Assembly (NCBI GenBank): GCA_965658655.1
Contig: CBFHTA010000002.1
Location: 12,334-76,333, forward strand
Length of the DNA: 64,000 bases
Direction of reading: 5' to 3'
Source: Candidatus Babelota bacterium
Lineage (GTDB): Bacteria; Babelota; Babeliae; Babelales; CAIQNR01
The notes below the pieces were generated by a model, which saw nothing but the letters and a program-made list of their open reading frames with translations, did no database searches and had not been told where the DNA came from. The position numbers were made by a program, and so were the translations under genes. Of the stretch, positions 57,836 through 64,000 are shown piece by piece; within the stretch, counting starts at the first letter, position 1, and the number at the start of each line of letters is the position of its first letter.

Positions 57836-58459
57836 ATGAAAAAAACACTAAAAATAACATTGCTTCTGTCTCTTGCATATGCAGGATCAGCAAACGCAAT
57901 GTATCATTACAATAATGATGGTTCTGGGAGCAATGGTTCTACGAGCAATCCTTTCTCTACGAGCAGTGATGATGATAATTTTGATTCATATCCTACGAGA
58001 TCTACGAGCAGTGATGATAATAATTTAGATCCTATAAACGGTGGCTCTATGATGAATAGTACAGGTTCAGGTGTGCCTATTTCGCCATCTCTTAGAAGAG
58101 AACTTTCTACGATGAGTACATCTGCGGCTTATCAGCTAGGTGTAGCAAATGGTAGAAAAGCAGCAGGTGGTAGCTCAGGTGGAATGAACTCATATGGTAA
58201 CTCAGGTGGAATGACCTCAGGTGGTAGCTCAGGTGGAATGACCTCAGGTGGTAGCTCAGGTGGAATGAACTCATATGGTAACTCAGGTGGAATGAACTCA
58301 TATGGTAACTCAGGTGGAATGACCTCAGGTGGTAGCTCAGGTGGAATGAACTCATATGGTAACTCAGGTGGAATGACCTCAGGTGGTAGCTCAGGTGGAA
58401 TGAGCTCAGGTGGTAGCTCAGGTGGAATGAGCTCAGATGATAACTTTAGTAGTTACTAA
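57836..58459 (+). CDS. Secreted Gly/Ser/Met/Asn-rich repeat protein
   Basis: Signal peptide ending ANA; ten 9-aa repeats. Confidence 0.8.
   Translation: MKKTLKITLLLSLAYAGSANAMYHYNNDGSGSNGSTSNPFSTSSDDDNFDSYPTRSTSSDDNNLDPINGGSMMNSTGSGVPISPSLRRELSTMSTSAAYQLGVANGRKAAGGSSGGMNSYGNSGGMTSGGSSGGMTSGGSSGGMNSYGNSGGMNSYGNSGGMTSGGSSGGMNSYGNSGGMTSGGSSGGMSSGGSSGGMSSDDNFSSY
58169..58438 (+). repeat. 27-bp tandem repeat x10 (G[SN]SGGM[NTS]S[YGD])
   Basis: Constant core CTCAGGTGGAATGA in every unit. Confidence 0.95.
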
Positions 58460-58473
58460 GTTTAGTATCTAAG

Positions 58474-58519
58474 GAAATTAAAAAAGGCACTTTCATTTGA
58501 GAGTGCCTTTTTTAATTTC
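58474..58519. terminator. Rho-independent terminator
   Basis: GAAATTAAAAAAGGCACTTTCA / TGAGAGTGCCTTTTTTAATTTC. Confidence 0.85.
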
Positions 58520-58586
58520 TAGCTTTTTTCAGATTACTTCTATTATCTTTAAAGTATCTTATTTTGAAATTAGAAGGGGTAATGGA

Positions 58587-61196
58587 ATGAAAAAATTGAT
58601 TGTTTTGTTAGTGTTGTTATGTGGAACTGGTTCTTTTATGCAGGCACCAGATGCTTTCACAGATTTTATGACTCAGGCAGGAGATCATGAAGATAGTGGA
58701 AATTCAATTAATAGTCAGTCTGATGGCGGAGAGGGAGATAAACAAGATAGCCAAGAAGAACAAATACTTGATGATAGAGGTCATGATTCTCAATCATCCA
58801 ATTCTTCTAGTCGAACAATACAAAGAACTATTTCTTGGGGTGATGATCCAGTAGAAGACCCAAACACTGCAGGAAACAGAGGAGAAGGGGCTACGATTGA
58901 TAACAATGCAAATATCCCTTCTGCAACACAGATGGCGACTGACAATGCAACAAGCGCATCACGAGGATTATATCTAAAAGATACGCGTTTAGAAAGCGTA
59001 GATGATGAAAATAGCAATTTCTTTAGTTCCCTTTCTCCGGAAGATCAAAAGTTAATGCGAGATAATAGAGATTTAATCTCAGAACATATGATGGATAAAC
59101 TTATTGATAAAAAATTATTTGGGGAGAGACCTTTAAGAGAAGGGGAAACCAGGGAATCTATTATTAATAAATACAAAGGGCGGAAAATAACAGTTGAGGC
59201 ACAGGCGCGACGTGCGGCATCTGACGATACAGGAGTAAAAAAACCAGTTGATCGTAGTCAGCGATCGTTAACTACGGAACGTGAGTTTGATCCTCAATAT
59301 AGTCCTCTAGAAGTAAGCGATTCAGATAATGAAGAACAATTCAACATGCTTAATGAAAGTAGAAGTCAGACCGATGATAGCGAGAATCGTCAATTGGCGA
59401 CAAGAAACACAATGCTTAATAATGATTCTCCAGATGTTTTTTTTAGGAGTCTTTCAGAAGAAGATAAAGGATTTTTGCAAGGACGCATTGATGATAATAA
59501 TCAGACTTCAGCAATCAGAAAGATATTTGAAGAAGAAGGCTTGGAGGGGCGTTCTAAAAGAGATGTGTTTGATGAATATAAAGCTGATTTTGCTTCCGAA
59601 GAAGAACCTGAAAATTTGCAGCATTCAGAAGGTTTAGAAGGTGACATTAAAGAGCTCGAAGCAAAGATAGAGAGAGGTGAGGGGTCGTATTCAGATGAAC
59701 GTTATCTTAAGGAACTTAAAGATACTTTAAAGAAGAGACAGGAATCTTTAGCAAATATAATGGACGCAACAATGGAAAGCAAAGAAAGATTTTCTGGTGA
59801 TTTAAACCTTACTCAACGAAGTTCAACCGAACTTGCCAATTATCGTTCAGAAGCTCTTAAAGATCAAATTGAAAAGGCACGATCAAGACTTGCAAGAGTA
59901 GATCGTGCAGAGAAAGAAGACATTGCTAAAGCTCTTGAGCGATTGGGTGATGATGCTACTGATCAAGAAAAAGATGCCGCTATAGAAAAAGCCAAAGAAG
60001 GTTTAAGTGCCGATAGGAAAAGTCTTGAGGGCGAACTTAATGGGCTTTTAGCAAAAGATCAAACGGTGGGGCAGTATCTTACTATGAGCGATAGGGATCG
60101 AGCATTTAAGTTTCTAGATGCTGTTAGTCAAGAGGTTGACCAAAGGGAAACTTCTTTTGAACAACGGAAAGAAGGTGATCAAAAAGATCCTGCAACATTT
60201 TTTTCTAGCAGTAGGAGTATGCAGGATAGGCTGGGGAAGTATGAAAAGTTATTGACTTCAAAAAGTATGAATGAATTAGCAGATGAAGATCCTCAATTCA
60301 AAGATAAAAGACAGGCTCTTCTAGATAGAGTTGAAAGTCAATTTGATGCTTTGAGAGATCGAGAAAATGAGCTTCTTCCTGTTCGAGCAGATAAGATTTT
60401 GGAAGAAATTAATCGTTCAGATGAACAAGGGAAACGATCTTTTAATATTATAGAATCAGATTTAAACATGCTTGAAAAACGAATTGAAAAACAAAAAGAA
60501 AAGCTTGAGGAAGGTGAGGTTTCACCAGATCCAGGTAAAATGGAAAATCTTGATAAGGCTCAACAGAAAGTTCAAGAAGCATATGATAATCTTGGTAAAA
60601 AAATTATAGAAACATTTAACAAACAAGTTAATAGCTTAGACGGAGAAGTAGAGCATTATCTTGCTTTGAAAAAAGGTACTCGAACACAAGAAGAATATAA
60701 TGTATTGAGCAGTGACGCAGGAAAAGTTTTTAATGAATTGGGAACTCGCATTGACAGTCTTGCCAAGCAAGAAAAAGCTTTAGGAGTTAAGGAAACTACA
60801 AAAAGAAGTTGGTGGTTTGGAAAAAAAAGAACCATCATAGATGACAGTGATGTGTCGGAAGAAGATAAGGCAAAAGTAAAAGAAATACAAGAACAGAAGG
60901 AACAACTGCAAGCGCTACAAGAACGATCAAGAGAAATGTATTCTCGGGTGGAAAATACCGATCCTAAAAATGCACGTGGTTTTAGATCTCTTAGAAAGCG
61001 TTTCCAATGGGGTTTTTTAAGTAGCGAACCTGCGCCAAAAAGATATTCGTTTGATGATTTGAGCCGGTTAGGCGATTCAGGACGAAACAAACTATCTAAA
61101 GAAAATTTGGAGCAATATTCGAACCGTATTAATCAGACTCAAGATCCTCAAGGCCAACCTAAAAAGGGTAGGTCTTTCTTTAGTAAAAAAGGCTAA
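58587..61196 (+). CDS. Large secreted acidic/coiled-coil protein
   Basis: Start moved to ATG 58587 (MKKLIVLLVLLC); disordered N-terminus, long charged helices. Confidence 0.8.
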   Translation: MKKLIVLLVLLCGTGSFMQAPDAFTDFMTQAGDHEDSGNSINSQSDGGEGDKQDSQEEQILDDRGHDSQSSNSSSRTIQRTISWGDDPVEDPNTAGNRGEGATIDNNANIPSATQMATDNATSASRGLYLKDTRLESVDDENSNFFSSLSPEDQKLMRDNRDLISEHMMDKLIDKKLFGERPLREGETRESIINKYKGRKITVEAQARRAASDDTGVKKPVDRSQRSLTTEREFDPQYSPLEVSDSDNEEQFNMLNESRSQTDDSENRQLATRNTMLNNDSPDVFFRSLSEEDKGFLQGRIDDNNQTSAIRKIFEEEGLEGRSKRDVFDEYKADFASEEEPENLQHSEGLEGDIKELEAKIERGEGSYSDERYLKELKDTLKKRQESLANIMDATMESKERFSGDLNLTQRSSTELANYRSEALKDQIEKARSRLARVDRAEKEDIAKALERLGDDATDQEKDAAIEKAKEGLSADRKSLEGELNGLLAKDQTVGQYLTMSDRDRAFKFLDAVSQEVDQRETSFEQRKEGDQKDPATFFSSSRSMQDRLGKYEKLLTSKSMNELADEDPQFKDKRQALLDRVESQFDALRDRENELLPVRADKILEEINRSDEQGKRSFNIIESDLNMLEKRIEKQKEKLEEGEVSPDPGKMENLDKAQQKVQEAYDNLGKKIIETFNKQVNSLDGEVEHYLALKKGTRTQEEYNVLSSDAGKVFNELGTRIDSLAKQEKALGVKETTKRSWWFGKKRTIIDDSDVSEEDKAKVKEIQEQKEQLQALQERSREMYSRVENTDPKNARGFRSLRKRFQWGFLSSEPAPKRYSFDDLSRLGDSGRNKLSKENLEQYSNRINQTQDPQGQPKKGRSFFSKKG

Positions 61197-61383
61197 ATCA
61201 GGGAATACGCAGCAATACGAATTAATGAATTAAATGAAAAGGTCTAAAATTTTCCTTTGAGATAGATTTAAGGTCGGTTTCTTTGTTGAATAAGCTCAGG
61301 AAGGCTTTATTGGTCTCTAACCCTTGTTTTTACCACTCTAGATGAGCTACAATTATGTATATAATTTAGTTTAAAAAAGGTGG

Positions 61384-62826
61384 ATGGAAATGAAAAATTT
61401 AAAGCTTACAGTATTGTTTTTAGGATTGTCTTTGACTGGCTCAATTTGTTCAATGGATGGAGATATTGATACTATTGAAGGTCATCAATCTGTAGGAGAT
61501 GAATTAAGTCCTGATAATGGTTTTGATACTCTTAAAGGTATGGAGCGTACAGGCGCTGGTACAGCTTCAGAGCCATCGGTAAGCGATCAAGATGACTGGG
61601 AGACCGCAAGTAACGATGTTGAGAGTAGACCATCCACTCCAGACAATATGATTGGGCAAAGTGGAGGTGCAAGTGACATTGGTGTAAGTTCTTTTGCTCC
61701 AAATGTTCAAGAAATGGATACTCACGAAGCGGACGTAGGATTAGATCTTAACAGCAGTCAAAAAAGCAACGATTTTTCTGATAGCGATGAAGTTGATTGG
61801 GAAAATGCTGTATTGCGTTCTACCGCTGATCGTACGGCTCGATTGCCTGAAGAGGAAAGAATACGTACAGACCTCTTTGGTAATAGGGTAGACAGAGAAG
61901 GTAATCTCCTTAGTTCCAGAGATAGAGCGTTAGATTCTGGTTCCGGTTATATGGATGTAGCTCCTGATGAGGATGGTAATGTTTCTGAGCCAAATGAATT
62001 TCGTATGGGTGATGACGAAGCAGATGCATCAAGTGATACAGAATTTGATGGAACACTTGATCAGATTAAAGAGCTTGGTGTTTCTAAGTCTGCCGACGAA
62101 AAAGGAAAGTTTACGATTAACCGTTTAGATGATCTTCTTCAAAATGAAGACCTTACTCCAGAACAACGAGCACGAGTAGTCAAAATGTTAGATGATTACG
62201 AGCGTTACGTACGTGAGCGATCAAAAAATTGGTTCAGTAGAAGGATGAGTCGGTTAGAAGGTAACGAGTTTTATGATTACCAAAATGGACTTACTAAAGA
62301 ACAGTTAAGAGATTTAAAGAAAAATAGAAACGGTAAAATGAGGGATGCGGTTTCTCTTTCAAAAATTATAAGCGCCAAAGAAGGGTTAACCTCTGATGAC
62401 CACTTAGGTCTTGCAACTCGAGTTGGTGGTGTTAACTTCTCAGATGGTTACGATCACTTACAAACCGCTTATGAGAAAGCTACAGATCCAACACAAGCAG
62501 GAAAAGTGCTTCAGTATCAAGATGATTATAAGCAATATTTAAATGATATAAGAAAACAAGAAAAAACAGGCAACCGCATTAATACGCAACAAGCTTTGGA
62601 TACAGGAAATAGATTTCATATTCAACATCTTAAAGATGCTGGATACGATACAACTGGAGCGCAAATAAAAGATGATCCAAGCCAACTTGCTCTTAGTTCT
62701 GAATCTGATATAGAAAATCAAGATGCACGACATAAACAGAATTTGGGGCAGTATTATTATGGTGGTAAAAGCGCACAACGCATTTTAGATAACTATAACG
62801 TGAGTGATGCGCGGAGTCTTGAATAA
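61384..62826 (+). CDS. Secreted acidic, largely disordered protein
   Basis: Signal peptide; D/E/S-rich N-terminal half. Confidence 0.78.
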   Translation: MEMKNLKLTVLFLGLSLTGSICSMDGDIDTIEGHQSVGDELSPDNGFDTLKGMERTGAGTASEPSVSDQDDWETASNDVESRPSTPDNMIGQSGGASDIGVSSFAPNVQEMDTHEADVGLDLNSSQKSNDFSDSDEVDWENAVLRSTADRTARLPEEERIRTDLFGNRVDREGNLLSSRDRALDSGSGYMDVAPDEDGNVSEPNEFRMGDDEADASSDTEFDGTLDQIKELGVSKSADEKGKFTINRLDDLLQNEDLTPEQRARVVKMLDDYERYVRERSKNWFSRRMSRLEGNEFYDYQNGLTKEQLRDLKKNRNGKMRDAVSLSKIISAKEGLTSDDHLGLATRVGGVNFSDGYDHLQTAYEKATDPTQAGKVLQYQDDYKQYLNDIRKQEKTGNRINTQQALDTGNRFHIQHLKDAGYDTTGAQIKDDPSQLALSSESDIENQDARHKQNLGQYYYGGKSAQRILDNYNVSDARSLE

Positions 62827-62925
62827 AGATTCAGATCAATAAAAAATGGAAGTAAAGGTTCTATTTACTGAGAGCGAGTAAAAATCTTGGTGGTGGACGA
62901 ATGAATAGAGAGTGGAGGTTTAGTT

Positions 62926-63657
62926 ATGAAGAAACGTATAGTCATAGGTTTACTATTTGTTGGTGCCGCGTATGGTGCGTATACAGATAATGGAAAATTA
63001 ACGCACGAGGAATGGCCTTCTAGTAATCCGAACTATTTGAATGCTATTCCAGGAGAACGAAGTTCAGAACAAAGAAGAAAAGATTTATTGAGGTCTCATA
63101 AATTAGATGAACAAGTACCAAGAGCAACAATTTTGGATGCTTCTTCTCGAAGAAACGCTCCTAATTATTTGAATGCTGCCCCAGCATTGAATAGTTCGCA
63201 TAATACATTTCTTCCACCTTCTTCTGAGCCAACTCATGAAAGTTTAAAGGATATTCAAGAACGATTAGGTGGTACATCTTTTCAAGTTCCTCCTCCCTTA
63301 CCCCCAAGAAGAAGTAAGAAGCCGGTAGCTAGCAAAGCTAAGCCTTCTCCAGATTATCTTAAACCTGATGCTGTTGTGACTCAGCACAACGCTTTAGGGT
63401 TGGGCGATGAGGATGATTTTGGAACTGTTGTTACTAGATCTGGAAGAGCTGTGGTACAAGATGCTCCAGCCCCGCCCCCAAGACGAAGTAAGAAGCCGGT
63501 AGTTAAAAAATCTAAGCCTTCTCCTGATTATCTTGAACCTCACAACGCTTTAAACTCGGACGATGAAGATGATTTTGGAACTGTTGTTACTAGAGATGGA
63601 AGAGCTGTGGTACAAGATGCAGATGACTTTTTTGCAGGTTTTGAATCTGAACTTTAA
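62926..63657 (+). CDS. Secreted disordered protein with repeated eukaryote-like linear motifs
   Basis: GGAGG RBS, signal peptide; PNYLNA x2, PPPxPPRR x2, PSPDYLxP x2, DEDDFGTVVTR x2. Confidence 0.8.
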   Translation: MKKRIVIGLLFVGAAYGAYTDNGKLTHEEWPSSNPNYLNAIPGERSSEQRRKDLLRSHKLDEQVPRATILDASSRRNAPNYLNAAPALNSSHNTFLPPSSEPTHESLKDIQERLGGTSFQVPPPLPPRRSKKPVASKAKPSPDYLKPDAVVTQHNALGLGDEDDFGTVVTRSGRAVVQDAPAPPPRRSKKPVVKKSKPSPDYLEPHNALNSDDEDDFGTVVTRDGRAVVQDADDFFAGFESEL

Positions 63658-63659
63658 TT

Positions 63660-63715
63660 TTTTTAGACTATAAAGAAAGCCGGCATAAAAACCGGCTTTC
63701 TTTATAGTCTAAAAA
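63660..63715. terminator. Long bidirectional terminator (24-bp perfect stem)
   Basis: TTTTTAGACTATAAAGAAAGCCGG-CATAAAAA-CCGGCTTTCTTTATAGTCTAAAAA between convergent genes. Confidence 0.85.
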
Positions 63716-63727
63716 CGAAAAGAAAAA

Positions 63728-64000
63728 CTATTCGTTGATCTCTGCGTCAATTGTATCATCTTTTTTCTCAGATGATTCAGAAGAACCAGCATCAGCCGCG
63801 CCATCTTTACCAGCGGTAGCAGATTCTGCTTGTTTTTCTTTGTAAAGTTGTTCAGCAATTTTTTGCGAAGCAGTCATGAGTTCGTTAGTTGCTTTCTCTA
63901 ACTCTTCTGCATTTTCTGCGTGTGTTTTTAACGCTTCTTTTGCAGTGTCTAGAGCAGCTTTTACTTTATCAACTTCAGCTGCATCAACTTTGTCTTTTTG
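63728..64000 (-). CDS. dnaK: Chaperone DnaK, C-terminal part (runs off window)
   Basis: Hand translation ...ELEKATNELMTASQKIAEQLYK...KKDDTIDAEINE*, typical DnaK lid and tail. Confidence 0.85.
   Translation of the reverse strand, partial: QKDKVDAAEVDKVKAALDTAKEALKTHAENAEELEKATNELMTASQKIAEQLYKEKQAESATAGKDGAADAGSSESSEKKDDTIDAEINE

Noticed and set aside
58169-58438. Regularly spaced repeat resembling a CRISPR array
   Set aside because: Units are 27 bp, in frame in a signal-peptide ORF, with no unique spacers and no cas genes

Overview
AT-rich bacterial chromosome segment. Its content is most consistent with a reduced, host-associated bacterium, probably Candidatus Dependentiae/Babelota (TM6); this is inferred from gene content, not from a database search. 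Housekeeping genes are scattered: rpmH-rnpA-yidD, trxB, tig, frr-tsf, argS, mnmA, ssb, grpE, lepA, gyrA, dprA, rpmF, gltX, fabD-like, uppP, ftsK, murF, rsmH, spoVG, maf, hspR-like, ychF and the 3' end of dnaK, plus tRNA-Leu(TAG) and tRNA-Gln(TTG). They are interleaved with many signal-peptide-bearing orphan proteins. No integrase, transposase, phage gene or CRISPR array was recognised. The most unusual signals are: (1) the 3' end of dprA present three times in tandem, with progressive decay and different small secreted cargo genes between copies, which looks like a cassette-accretion locus; (2) an unassigned GC-rich, base-paired ~350-nt region upstream of ychF; (3) candidate host-directed effectors (a Josephin-like cysteine protease, a protein built from eukaryotic linear motifs, Inc-like hairpin proteins, repeat proteins); (4) apparently catalytically dead enzymes (FabD-like, alpha/beta-hydrolase-like); (5) a decayed tRNA-Lys and a palindromic miniature element.
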